DNA of 64,000 bases from Chrysemys picta bellii (GCF_011386835.1 NC_088795.1:97092001-97156000); one strand, 5' to 3'; numbered from the stretch's first letter, positions 39,345-52,821 are shown. Notes: generated from the sequence alone by a model not told the origin. Program-made: numbers and translations.

Positions 39345-39940
39345 GCCACAGGTTGATGGGACAGTTGGACGCTTTTGGTTATAAAAGAAATTGTGAAAAT
39401 CCCCAAAAAGTTGCTATTTTTGTTCAAAATGAAATATTTTGACATTCCTGAAATTGAAACATTTTGTTTCAACAAATCAAAATGACCCAAAACTTTCTTT
39501 TGAGTCATTTCAAAATTAAAGTGCATTTTCCCATTGTGACCTGTTGCCTCATGAAAATTGTAGTGCAACATATTGACAGCCCCATTAGTCACTATGGGTT
39601 AGGTTCCATGGGTATCTCCCATGATGCACTTCACAGAGTTTGGTCACATTACCTTAGGTGAGATGTAGTCCTCCTGGGAGCCCAGCTCATAGGAGAGAAT
39701 GGGGATCCAAACTACAACTCCCATAAGGCAATGCACTGACCGGGAAATGCATTTTGGGTCAATCTCAATAAAATGATGTATTCAGATTCAGATCAAACTG
39801 ACCTGAAACAAAATATTTCATTTAGGTTTTGCCAACAGAAGAATCAAAATTTTACAGTGAAATTGAGATTTTCTCATGGAACATTTTGATTTTTGAAGAA
39901 TCTGATTTTTCCATTGGAAAATTCCTGAACAGTGATAATA
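39345..39940. mobile_element. AT-rich hAT-like element, same family as 53928-54479
   Basis: Shares ACTACAACTCCCA / GGGAGTTG-type core and GAAAC/TTTTG-rich arms; boundaries approximate. Confidence 0.55.
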
Positions 39941-40799
39941 ATTTTGCGGGGGGAAGTGGAGAAAAACGAGTAACATTTTCAAAAACACCTAAGGGGCTTA
40001 AGAGTCTAAGTCTAATTGAAAGTCAATTAGATTTATGTTCCTAAATACCTCTGTCACTTTTTAAAATGCAATCACTTAGGGGTGAGGTTTTTTTAATTTT
40101 ACTCACTGTGAATTCTCGATTACTAATTTGAGACAGGCGCAAACCAAAACCACAGATCAAAACACTTGTGTACTTTGGGGATTCACATTCCCTCCCAAAA
40201 GATAGCTCAGTCTCAGCTCTATTTGCTAATATAAAGTGTTGTGATGGATGAATGACTGGCTTACTACAGAAGAGCACAAAAAATGAATTGCCACAGGAAA
40301 AGAAAGTTCAGTTAAAGAAACATTACTGTTTGTGAGTTAATCTGACATGAGTGGTGATGGTGTTTACAGAATGCTTAAACACAACAAAGTTACCTGCAGA
40401 TCAGAAAAGAACAAGACACCAAACTCTATTACTATTTTTCAGAAATGTAATGCACTGTCTAGATTCCATTCACACTGCAAAAATAATCAAGCTTAAAAGA
40501 AATAGGTAATGTTATTGTGGCCAGATAATGTTGTTATATAATTCATATATATCTGTGAAGACAAAAGAAACATTTTACAAAACCATGTTTTCACCCTGGT
40601 AAATACCTTCGCATCCTACTAGACGTAGTTGTCTAATATTGTTATGTTTCTTTCTATCCACAGAGGCAAGAATCATTCATGTATAATATGGTTTGGCCAC
40701 AGTCATGTTTAATGTAGCTATTTTTGCAGTGTATGTTGGGGTTGAGATTTATTCATATACTATGCAGCTGAGTTAATTATTCAAGTGTTTGCAACATAC

Positions 40800-40988
40800 A
40801 TAAGCATCCCACTAGCTCTGAGGTTTCTGATCTTTTGGTTCCCCGAATTAGTTCTGTGCACCCCTGCCTGACAGAAGAACTGCATGAAAAATGTCTCTTT
40901 TCAATTTGAAGATTGGGTTTTAATGTGCACATTAATTTTCTGTGCAAGGGGAAGGAACGACTTATGAGTTCATCTCCAAATTCAGTAG
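40800..40988 (-). other. candidate exon (unverified), 189 nt, phase 1 to 1
   Basis: Acceptor TTCACTTTCATTTGTGTTCTTAG|C, donor TAT|GTATGT; single open frame beginning TEFGDELISRSFPLHRKL. Confidence 0.22.
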
Positions 40989-41481
40989 CTAAGAACACAA
41001 ATGAAAGTGAAATTAAAAATTCCACCTTTCACAAATAATGAAGCCATCAGGAAGTGTAACACTGCACACAAAAATAGGGGCCCATTATGCAAATACATCG
41101 CAAAGGATCTTAATAGATGGGAGCCTCTCAGTCTATGTAATTAAAATGTACTGGGTGTAATTAAAATTAATGTAATTAAAACAGTCTCAGCACCACAGTT
41201 CAATTATGTCACTCAAATGTTGCTTCTCGACACACCAAAATTACACTTCCGTAATATGGAGAAGATAATCTCCACATTCCTCTGGTTTAATAAACAGCTG
41301 AGACCAAAACACAAAAAAACCCCTAAATTATACACATCAACAAGGAAAATGGAGCTATTTCTCCAAACTTGAAACTTTTAGCTTCACACACATCTGTATT
41401 TTAATGCGTACCAGAAACACTGGCACACTGAACCTCTCAAAGGCAACAAGTGCAAATAATTGCCTATTTAATCCTTTAACC

Positions 41482-41787
41482 CAGTGGTTCTTAACCTTTA
41501 CTGCAACCTGCATCCCTTTGGTTCTCAAAATATGTTCTCGCACCCCTTATTAAAAATCAAAATATGTTCTCGCATTCCTTAAACCTAGATATATATTTTT
41601 GTTTGTATATTACAGTAATCGTTAAAAAATGTATAATGTTAATAAATACATAGGTTTGATTAAATAAAGTAGTTGTACTTACATGCATGTGCTTAATTTG
41701 TGTTTTCAATTATTTACCTTCTAAAAAAATCTCGCATGTCTCACACACCCTGAAAGGGCATCTTGCACCCCAGGTTAAGAACCACTG
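41482..41787. mobile_element. hAT (Charlie-like) MITE
   Basis: Perfect 16-bp TIR CAGTGGTTCTTAACCT / AGGTTAAGAACCACTG; perfect 8-bp TSD CTTTAACC (41474-41481, 41788-41795). Confidence 0.96.
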
Positions 41788-43366
41788 CTTTAACCCAATT
41801 ATTCACCATTAATGAAGTACTTAAAACAATTTCAAAATATAGAGACCTGTGGGCATTTTCTGGTAAAAATCAAGGAGGCAGTTGACTTATTGGACAAATA
41901 GGATGCAAGATGGTATATTGACATTTTCGGATGTTTTACTAAGGGCCATTGCATCAATCTGTAGAATTCCTATTAATATTAAGAGTACTGTAAGCAGATC
42001 AAGGGCGCTGTATAGTTCCTAGTGCGAATTTTAAAGAATTACAAGTTAATAGGAGAAGGCAGCACTTTACGAAGAATACTTGAAGGAATATTGGCCACTT
42101 AAGCACTGCCTGATATGTCAACAAATTATACTTTTAGAAAACTTCTCAAGAAAGTTAAGACTTCAGGCAATCCAGATGTCTATTCCTTCCTTTCATACTA
42201 TTCAGTTTTATACTACTCAGTTTATTCTATTTGGCTACCATGATGATCGGTGCCATTTAGTGTCATTAGATTATACCAAATCAGGGGGGAAAATCCAGGC
42301 ATTACTTACCAAAAAGAGAGAGAGAGAACAATTCAGGAAAGACGGTTATTACAATAAGTTGCCGCTCAAGATTTGACTTATTAATCAATTCACTGTGAAC
42401 CATAATACAGGTGATACTGGACCTCATAAAATTATACTGAAGTAGTTTAATAATATCTCTACTGTAAATGTCTATTCAGAAATTGCCTGAAGCATGTGGA
42501 GTATTATGAAGGGATTGGGAATATCCATTTGGGGAAATTATCCACAAAGGGCCTGATCCAAAGCCCATTGACATCAATGGAAAAATTCCATTAACTTCAG
42601 TCATCTTTGAAACAGGCTGAAAATTAGAGGCCAAATCCTTGGCAGTTGTAAATCGGCACATCTCCACATTGGCTTCAGTGGAGCTATCATGATTTCCAAC
42701 AGCTGAGGTTTATATCACAATAATGATACTTAGCATTTATATGTCTTTACATCTTCAAAGCCCTCTACAAACTTTAATTAATAGGGATATCTTTCACCTC
42801 TGCCTTTGAGGTTGCCAAGCGATAGCTCATGTCTACTGGGTACCTTGAAGGGGATTAATAACTGGGTTAAGGTTGAAACTGATGATAAAAATAATATTCC
42901 AAACTCTGCAGAGATACCCCCTTGCAAGAAAAGATGAATGGCTTCCTGTAAGAAATGAAACAACTTCACAGGAGAGCTTGTCTTCTAACACAGTTATCTT
43001 GCCTCATTTTTTGTAATTGGAACCTTTCTTAGATTACTTGCTAATGTAGCCTACTAATGTTAATAAAGGAAGCAGGTTTCTCAGAAGGTTTAAAATAGTC
43101 CTGAGAGAAATGATACATAGCAAATGACTGGTCTTATTTCTGCTGTGTGTGCCATGTACATTTTCTCATGTGGTTTTATTTTCCTGAAAAAATTATACTA
43201 AAAAAATTGAAGCTTGTCCTTAAAAATCAGGCATCCTTAAGGATATCAAATATAAACTCAGAGAAGTGCAAGAAAAAAACCTTATTTAAAATAAAAACAG
43301 ATGCAATGTTAGTATATTGCCCTGTGCATACTGCACACTAAAGGTACATGTAGCTTATGTCCGCAG

Positions 43367-43523
43367 GAGAAACTCTATTACAATTCCTCCATGGGACTGC
43401 TGGGCTGCAGTTCCACCATCTCTGCACCCAGCTGGCTCCTCTAGCCACTTCAGAGAGGATACAGGCCATGGCCCTACTTCCACTGTACTCAGTGACAGGA
43501 TTGTGGAGAGGCCCACAGCAGCA
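43367..43523 (+). other. candidate exon (unverified), 157 nt
   Basis: Acceptor CTTATGTCCGCAG|G, donor GCA|GTGAGT; GC-richer than flanks; two open frames, one reading GETLLQFLHGTAGLQFHHLCTQLAPLATSERIQAMALLPLYSVTGLWRGPQQ. Confidence 0.25.
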
Positions 43524-45749
43524 GTGAGTACGCATGCATATTACCCATTTGTGTACCCAGGTGGGGCTAGCCAGAATATGACCTTACATTAGCAAGGAGA
43601 AGTTAGCAATGCATTTTTATGCCCATTTTTTCTGTCTACTAAGTTCTTCGAGGAACTGTAGCTATCATTGTCTCTTCCAAAGCACTTAGCATAGGTCAGC
43701 ATTTACAATCTGATCTTGTACTACTAAAATCAGTGGGACTTTTGCCATTAACTTCAGTGGGAGCGGGGCCTTTATTATTGTTGATGATTATTTTTAGTAT
43801 TATTAATAACAATATTTCAAAATTGTAGTGACTTATTTTTAGAGTGACATTTGCAGCCTGCCACTGATCATTTTGGGAGCAAAGATGCTTTGTTCTGATG
43901 AGGAGTTAATGGGATATTAGAGTAGACAACATAGCAATGTTTCGACACTTTTGCCACCAGAAAAAGCTGGTTTGACAATCCTACGCTGCCAGGGACAGTA
44001 AATATTCAATCATCTCGGCTTTTATTTACAAAGCCTTTGGAGCCACTCAAAAAATTGTTGCAAAGTAAATAGTGACAAAAGTGGCTCACATGGGGCAAGG
44101 CTACTGGAGCAGAGTGGCTTCTGACAGCCCGAGAGTATTCTTCATTAATGTACTACTGGTGCTTTGCCCCATCTTCTTTACACAACAATCCTTTTTTCTC
44201 ATCAGATTAACTATTTTTGTTGGGCTACAACCCTTTCAGCCGCAACAACTGCTTATCAGGAAATACAATAACGCCTGTTGTTTACTACAGTAAATAGTAA
44301 TTCATAACTATTAGGCTCAAGTCTTCACATATAATTTTTTCTGCTGTTACTTTTGGAGGCTTTCTTTGGAAAAATTCTAAGGGAATGTTGTGCTAGTCAG
44401 AATGAAACGTACAGGACAAGGAAGGGTAACTAGCCTGGTCAGGTGATGAGTAGTACTTCCAGCTTCATAAGTTTCCTGGAAACTGGCATCTGGTAACTTT
44501 GGTAGACTTGGTAATTTATCCTATACAATTCCCCACTCTCTGATTTTACCACCTGTAGGTGACTGTTTCAGTATGAAAAGTGGAGATTGCTTCTAACTTC
44601 ACTCTCAATGTGAGAGACAATACATTGCTTTTAAAAAGGGTGGATATGGACTCTAAAATGGTTGAAAGTGAACAAAAGGGAATGGTTGAAACATGGTCAA
44701 AGCTTTCACAATAATAACAAATTCAGAAATTTTTCAATTATTTTTTACAATAAATGTCTTATTAATCAAGGCTTTCTTTTCTGCCTGCCTGTAGTCTTTA
44801 AAACCACAAAGGTCATATTTTCTTAAACTCTGCATTTCATCAAAGCCTGATACACTTTTATGAGGAGTTTAAACTCTGTAAATACACTAGTGACTGATGA
44901 AATGCAGTTTGCCTGCAGGAAATAACATTGTGCAGATGTCCTTTATTTTCTGAAAGCTCTTGCTCTCCATTCTCCAATTATCTCCACCACTCTGCCTTCC
45001 AAAAAAGACTTCAAGGTCAAATCCAGGTCTCTCAACCAGCTACACGCTTAACAGGTGAGTGCAGTTATTTTATTCTCAACATTGTCAACTAAACACAGGA
45101 AGTACAAGATCCAATCAACACGGTGGGAAATGTTTAGCAGGCAGAGAATTGAACACATGATATTTTGGAACAAATATGTTCTAAAATCTTAGTGTTCCTA
45201 TTTTAATGCAGTTAAGAAATGCAAATATTTAGTTAAGATTTGAAAATGAAAAAAATTATTTCTAAGTGCTGGGTATCGGAATTGTTAGCAGAATGGAGAG
45301 GTAGCGGCAATGCAGATGCTTGTAGAGGGTTTCAGAACACCAAATGATATCGGTTTAGGGAAGGAAGGGAAAAGGTGACAACAAAATCAGGACAGGATAA
45401 GAGCATAAGAATGGCGATATTGGGTCAGACCAATGTGTAGCCCAGTATCCTGTCTTCCAACAGTGGTCAGATGCTTCAGAGAGAATAAAGAGAGCAGGTA
45501 TATCGAGTGGTTCATTCCCTGTCGTCCACTCCCAGCTTCTGGCAGTCAGAGGTTTAGGGATTACCCAGGGCATGAAGTTACATCCCTGACCATCTTGGCT
45601 AATAGCCATTGATGGACCTAACTTCCATGGACTTATCTAATTTTTTTTAATCTAGTTATACTGTTGGCCTTCACAGCATCCCCTGGCAATGAGTTCCACA
45701 AGTTGACTAAGTTGTGTGAATTACTTCCTTAGGTTTTTTTAAAACCTGT

Positions 45750-46430
45750 TGTCACGGAGTTCCTGGGCGATGCCCTACAGTCAGGTCTCTGGTGAAGTCT
45801 CCTCTATGTGAGCAGACTGTCTTCAGGGCAAGGAGCTCACACGGCTTCCACCTTCCTGGGTCTGACCTTTGGAGCATTCAGCATCCTCTGCCCCTCTGTG
45901 CGCTTCCCACAGCGAGTCCTCCCTGGCGGGGTCCTGGGGAAGCCACAGGGTCCTGCACCCCCACTCCCCAGTCAGACATGTCTCTTAACCTGCCAGTAAA
46001 ACAGAGGTTTATTAGACGACAAGAACATGGTCTGAAACAGAGCTTGTAGGTACAGAGAACAGGACCCCTCAGCCGGGTCCATCCTGGGGGACAGCAAGCC
46101 AGACACCCACATCTGCACCCACTCCACGTCCCCAGCCAGCTCCAAACTAACTCACTCACCCTCCAGCCCCTCCTCCTCTTGGCTTTGTTTCTTTCCCAGG
46201 CCAGGAGGTCACCTGATCTCTTTGTTCTCCAACACCTTTAGCTATCTTCTTACAGGGGGGAAGGGCCCTGGCCATTAGTTGCCAGGTAATAGAGTGTCGG
46301 CCATATATGTGCACTGGCCCTTTGCTCTGCAACAATCTCACCCCCTAGAGACTTAAGAAATCCATAGGGGAAACTGAGTCACCTACACAGTATTCAGAGG
46401 AAACATTAAGAACAGTCCCACTTCATCACA
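45750..46430 (-). mobile_element. solo LTR, 681 bp, inserted in CR1
   Basis: TGTCAC...ATCACA termini, perfect 5-bp TSD CCTGT (45745-45749, 46431-46435), minus-strand AATAAA near 46010. Confidence 0.92.
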
Positions 46431-46670
46431 CCTGTAGCCTATTAATTTTATTGGTGACCCCTGGTTGTTGTGTTAGGTGTGGGGGTGAATTACATTTCCT
46501 TATTTACTCTCTCAATACCATTCATCATTGTATAGACCTCTATCATATTCCCTTTTGGTCGTCTCTTTTCTAAATTGAACAGTCCCAGTCTTTTTAATCT
46601 CTTCTCAAATGGAAGATGTTTCAGACCCTTAATTATTTTTGTTGCCCTTATCTGTACTTTTTCCAATTTT

Positions 46671-46709
46671 TATATATAGATAGAGAGAGAGATAGATAGA
46701 TAGATAGAT
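46671..46709. repeat. compound (TA)/(GA)/(GATA) microsatellite
   Basis: Directly visible, inside the CR1. Confidence 0.9.
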
Positions 46710-48470
46710 GTGGTCACCAGAACTGCAAGCAGTATTCAAGCTGTGGATGTACCATGGATTTATATAGTAGCAGTATGATATTTTCTGACTTATTATCGAA
46801 TGGTTCCTAACATTCTGATGTTCTGTGAGAATTCTGGAGGCAGGCTAGTTGGAAAGAAGGCAAAGCACTTTTTAAAAATTGCATTAATCTCATCCTGAGA
46901 CTACTCAGGTGACATTTAGTTCACACTGGACATACTCCGATCTCACACACATCACCTTTTTCCTCACTTGAGTTCCCATACATGTTCTACCCTGATCCAT
47001 ACACAAAGTACTACAGTGAATGAAACAACGAATTCACACTACTGTGGCTCTTTTGGGGTAATGTTGAGCACTAATTTGGCCCCTGAATCACTGATGTCTG
47101 AATATCACTGGTCTAGATACTTAGTACTTACATGTATGTGAACATACAGGAACAACCTTAATTATCCACATAATAATATATTTGTAACCTGTGTGTGCAC
47201 TTTCTTCTGTTTAGTTCATTATTTTTGCGAACACTTGAGCAAGGTCCTGCCTATTGATTTGTCTAGTATCAAGAATACTTTTGGGTGCTCAGTAATGAAT
47301 AATATTTGTTGATTTTAGTAGAAAAAGTAAATATTTACTCCTGTTAGTGCTGAAAGGCTAAAAGAAGTAACACAGCTATGAAAGAGTGAGGTAGATTCTT
47401 TCCTGGCTCATACATCATCAACAGATTCATTCACTAAATCCAGATTAAAGCATCTTTATTTTTGGTAATAATTTGCAAGCCAGAAAGAACTCATCTTGAC
47501 TTCCAGCTCCTAAATTAAGTTCTCACAATTGGGATTTAGAAAAACATCATTTTCCTTGTAAACTTTACGCAGAAATCATTAACAGACAAAAATATGAACC
47601 CCCACATTGCCATTTTTAGAGAATTTTTTCAAAGAATAAATGAACATTAATGAGAACCATGGGATACACAGATACATTTTAAAAGAGAGAAATGCATCAG
47701 TAATTCATGACACTAATTAGAGCTCTTTTCATTAGTTCCTGATAATGGGAAATATGTGAGAAAAACATATTTTACTATAAACAGAGACAGATTGAAAAAC
47801 ATAAAAAGAACTTCTCATCTCATTTGTGTCTCTTCTTTGCCTTGGAAACAAAAAGAGAAATAAATAAGAACTGCCTTCTGTTATGGGAATGACAAATAGC
47901 ATCTTTAGTGGAAAATATGTCATTCAAAGGCAGAGTAATTAAAATTTAAGTTCTTAAAAGTAGTTAGTCAGCTAACCATTACAAAAGCTAAATCTTAACT
48001 GCTTTAAAGCACAGGTGGTTTATGGACTTTCAGTACTTTAGTTCAGCAAACCGCTGTTGCTAATAGAGGCTGAAAAATGTTGATGGTAAGCACAATACAT
48101 TTTTTCCATAACACTGATTGTACATCATTGTAATCTACCGATAGGAATTGTGTGCACTGCATGTAACAGAAGGCCAAGGAATGAGCCCAGAGGAACACCA
48201 ACCAATTATCATTATGCCTAATGTTTATTTATTCAGTTTGTATTGTAGATGCACTCTTTAAGAGCAATAAATCACATTCTAAGCTGTTATTTATGAAAAT
48301 ATGTGAACAGAAGGAACTAGAGAGGGAAAACAGTTCTCAAAATATGAACCAGTCTGCTGGCAGGATGCAGTCACCAAAGTGAGCCCCATATTCTGCTTGT
48401 CATTTAGGTGGGGAGTATAATAAAATAATAATGGTTCAAGATATGTAGTTGCTCATGTTAGGGTTTTTTT

Positions 48471-48803
48471 AGTCCAAATTATGCCTGCACAGGGCACACA
48501 GAGTGAAAAGAGTCCTTCTCACCTTAAGAATCTTGCACTATGCGCAGCCATAGAGCTGTTGCCTTCACTCTCAAAATGGATGGGGGGAAGCGTTAGCGTT
48601 GCACGTAGTGCTCTGCACAGAGTGGGCTGTCTGGATGGGGATGTGGCCATTTCCACTGGCTTGAAACTTGGGGAGTGTGCTGGAGAAGCACAGACTTGGG
48701 GCCTGCTCCCAACCACTCTAGGCCTGACGTCTCCCACCATCATGGCTGCCCAGACAAACAAAAGTGGGTTTCTATGTAGCAGATAGGCTCATAATCTAGG
48801 CCT
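48471..48803. mobile_element. GGGCC-type MITE, old
   Basis: GTCCAAATTATG ... CATAATCTAGGCC imperfect TIRs. Confidence 0.45.
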
Positions 48804-50410
48804 ATCAGAGAATAAGCGGATGAGGGAAGATGGAGTTAAGTTTGCTCATTGATGTGGAAACAATGAGAGACATACACCATAGTATGATTAAATGAACAGG
48901 CTGCAATTTTATTAAAGCCCTCAACCAACAGGGAATCACTCCCCAAATTACTTGACAGGGCTGTTCCAGTGTGGATTTTGACGGGGCTTCAAAGGCACCA
49001 GGTTCTGCAAATCTGAGGACAGTTATGAAAGCAATGCCCCCTCTGACTCCCAGCCAGGATCCCTAGACAGACAGACCTGAGTGCCAGTCCACTGCCTTCC
49101 TCCATGCAGGAGGTAGATGAAATGAGATGAGGGAGCCACATGCTGTATGAGACATAGAGACATACCCCCTCGCTGGGCGCATGCCCAGCAGCCCATTAGG
49201 TTACCGGGGCCTCAAGTTAGACCCTTTTAAAACCAACCCTCTGCACTAGGACCTGCCAAAGTTGCAACAATGTAATATAAATCCTCAAAACTGGCCCTTC
49301 CAGATGCTCGAGAGAAGGAGAAAAATCCTTCCCAGACCCCAAAATTTGCCTAGCCCTCAGCATCATAAGAGATAGGAACAGGGCTGGGACAGAGCCCAGT
49401 TGGCTACACTCCAGCAGCAAGAGAAAGCAAAACCCAGCCCTCTTCCCCCACCCCATCAGGCAAGAGCCAATTAGCCAGCCCCTCATGGCCCTACTGTTCA
49501 ATGTCAGCAGAGTCGGCAGCACAGGCTCCGCTATCCAGATACCATGTAAGATAGCCCATCCCCTCTCCCCCTTGCCATCATTACATGTCCCTGCATGGAG
49601 AAGTGGGGAGGGAACAGGAAAGAAGCAGCAATATCGCCCTCTTCCATACAAACATGCTGTTGGTAAGGGGAACCAGAGATGCATGTTTGGCACTATCTCA
49701 GATGCCCCCACTTGCATGGGCATTGGAACAATTTGTATAGTGGGGGTGCTGAAAGCCATTGAACAAACTATAAACCCTGTATATGATGAAACCCCTTCAA
49801 GCCAGGGGATGCTGCCACACCCTCAGCGCCCCTAGTTCCACTACCCCTGCCAACTTGGGATTTCTCCCTCTACTTAGAGCAGAGGAAAGAGAAAGGATGT
49901 CGCCATTGACTCCAGACTTATCAAAGACTCACCCCAGCTACCAAGGTGAACATTTTGATAAATTTCCCAAACTTCAGCTGACAAGGGATTGCCAAGCTTA
50001 TCCTAATTCTTGAAGTAAGATTTCTCACTATTTTACAAAGAGAAGAATTAAAATGGCCAATGGCTTATCCAGAATTGTAATTTTAAGTGTAAAGATATGT
50101 ATACAAATAATGAATGAAAAACATTATGAGCCAAAATCTGATCTCACACATACTAGTTTCAGTTGCATGAGGATCTGCGGTCAGAATTCGGCTCTATATA
50201 AAGTTAGCTATATTCTGCCATACGGGGGGGTGGGGTGGGGTGGAGCACTTAAGCTGCAAATTGTAGTAGATCAGTATGAGTTACAAGAGCACACATCACA
50301 ATGGGATTGTGCTCACTGTCATCTGCCAATCTTTGTTGTCAGACCTTTCTGAATAAGGGGATTTTCAGATATGTATTTTTGCCATGTGTCCTACACTACC
50401 TGTTTCTGTA

Positions 50411-50918
50411 TGTTGTCAGAGGAAAACAGAGTTCTCACTCTCTTTTTTGGGTGCAGCAAAGTCAGATACTTTATTCTCAAGCAATTGCATAGAGGGAGAG
50501 AATGCACTAGGACACAGGGTTTCCCCCTCCTAGGCAGGTCTCTCAAAAGATAAACAATTAAGGCAAGCATTTATACCTTTTGTTACATACAATAATGGGC
50601 AACAGCTGCATTTTGTTTATACATAGGTCATCCTGATATCTTATTTTTCACATCTATTTAGACTCTAGTCTACATTCCATATTTATCTACACAAGATCGC
50701 AACAACTTCTCACACAGTTCTTTCCCACTCGCCTCACACAATCCTCGCTTGTACACATCTCGCATTATTAGGGTTACAGCTAGCCTTACGCTTGCTCACA
50801 GAAGAGACTTTAGGCATTGAAATCCCCTTCAAATCCCTGTCAGTTCTTGCTCTACTTCCACACTGTGGATCTGTACAGGTCTATACTTAAGCAACTTTTT
50901 GGCTACCTCATTCTGACA
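50411..50918 (-). mobile_element. ERV/LTR-like solo LTR, boundaries uncertain
   Basis: Minus-strand TATAAA (50570-50575) followed 100 bp later by AATAAA (50470-50475); TG at 50411 or 50414, CTGACA at 50913-50918; no TSD confirmed. Confidence 0.45.
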
Positions 50919-52091
50919 GACTTATCCAGAGTGTATCCTTGTGATAACGTTCTGGATATAATAGAGGCTCTCATAGTATCTGTGATTAACACTACAACCC
51001 TGGTGCTTTAAATTCCTGTTATTCTGCAAGGCATTTGTGCCCTGAAGCCTGAATTTCATTGAATAAGACAGTTCCTGGAGTGGTTTTTGTTTGTTTTTTT
51101 GTTTTTTTCTTTGTTATGCCCTTTAAGACATTGCCCTTTCTTATTGCTGGCCAGAAGGAAATTTAAAGGGCTAGTAGTGTATATGAGGAATACACAGTCT
51201 TTGTCTTAAATTCGAGTGACAAATAGCTCGAACAGCTATCATTGTATGCTTTATATCCTGTAAATGTATATGTTCTAAGGCATGGAGAAATATTGACATT
51301 GATAAATAATCTCTAATAAATCTTTTAATTATCAGCCCTCATCCCACTTGTTTTCTGGGGTCTAACACTGCTGGGGTCGCCAACAAGGAGATCCCAAAAG
51401 CATTTACACTTGGCCTTTGAACAATAGCACAAGGGGGAGGACAGTCCTTGCATCTTCTCCTCCTCCTTACCCACCCACGCAGGAATGGGTATGAGCTCAC
51501 CTCTCAGGACCAAGGAAGTTAGTGACTTAACAGGTACAATGGACTGTGAGTGTTTAATCATTCCTGAGCGCCTATAACAATCCATTCTTGTTAGGCTTTC
51601 CCTCCCCTTTTATTTCAGTTATAAATTTATTGGTCTTTCTTTTGAGTGTTCCTTACTGCTATTTCCTGCATGAAGGGATAAAGAATATGAGAATATCATG
51701 GACTGACTTTGCTCTATAGAAATGGAATCCTAATACGCAGATATATGTCAGGTGATCTTTCTGAAAACAATAGAGAAATTGGATTCCTCTGGAGTGTCTT
51801 TTTTTCATATTCTTTCATGAACTGCTATCTACAGTTCAACATACAATACCTTGTATATAAACTGGGATGCAGGAAACATTTAAAGGGCTTTCCTGTGAAA
51901 ACTTGTCCTCATTTAATAGTTCATTTCCGAAGCTGTTGCTTGACAGAGCCAGGGAATGCATACATGAGTTAATAAAGGCCACACTTCAGTACTGTTTCCA
52001 GTTCATTAACTTCTCTTCCCCAGTGTCTAGATAATTAACTCCTGCTGCATCCCTAGAGTGATGCCTATGGCAAAAATGAAGGCAGAGTCAC

Positions 52092-52169
52092 CTGAAAAAG
52101 TCAAAGAGATCGCTTTTGTACTGCTTTCTTGGGCAGATAGGCCACAACCCAACCCTGAAAGAAATGATC
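52092..52169 (-). other. candidate exon (unverified), 78 nt
   Basis: Strong acceptor CCTTCTTCCTTCTTTTCTTTCCCAG|G, donor CAG|GTGACT; open frames SFLSGLGCGLSAQESSTKAISLTFS or IISFRVGLWPICPRKQYKSDLFDFF. Confidence 0.25.
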
Positions 52170-52508
52170 CTGGGAAAGAAAAGAAGGAAGAAGGTTTAAG
52201 TGATACTCTTCCCACTGATTGTAACTGGGAGGGTTACAGGAGACTGTATTATAGTATTCAAGAAAAATACAGTAGCTATTTGTTTTAATTGGATAAAATC
52301 CATATTTGGTGGAACATTTGTATTATCTATCTCAGAGATACTGCACACTTCATTTAAAAAGCATGTTTGGCAATATAGGTTTAGTGAGAGTTGGGCTCCA
52401 TTTAAACACGTTATTCCTCTGTTAACATGCTATCTTTAGAGGCATACAATGTCATAGAGCTTTATGCCTCCATAGTTTCTATTTGAAGGATGTACAATGG
52501 ATCTTCTG

Positions 52509-52821
52509 GGCCTGATTGTCCTCTAGAGGCACCCACCCCTGTACGCCTATGAGTTGTTCTGCTGAAGGAAGATTCACCCCAGGCAAAGGCATCTTTTGCT
52601 CTAACCATGTCTCTGTACGCCACATTGGTGGCGTTTGCCCAGGGCTTGAGTTGTTCAGCATGTGGCCTTGGTTCCCTGACCATACACTCTGCCTGTCCAG
52701 CCCTGTCTACTTTATGGGCAGACCTGCTAATTCCAATCCCCGTGATGAGCACTACCTGGGCAAGTACTCCACTTCCCAGAGTGTGCAGTCCAGGTTCTGA
52801 TGGCTTCCAGGCAGCTGGGCC
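52509..52821. mobile_element. GGGCC-type MITE
   Basis: GGGCCTGATTGTCCT ... AGGCAGCTGGGCCC ends bounding a GC-richer block. Confidence 0.45.

Larger units (their letters stand above)
45397..46817 (-). mobile_element. old CR1 3' fragment (CTTATG-type tail), split by a solo LTR
   Basis: ATAAGAGCATAAGAATGG tail and 3'UTR match the 61731 copy; sequence resumes after 46435 as AGCCTATTAATTTTATTGGTGACCCC. Confidence 0.9.

Noticed and set aside
49217-49759. 180-aa minus ORF as a gene
   Set aside because: No motif, low-information composition, lies in a probable repeat block.
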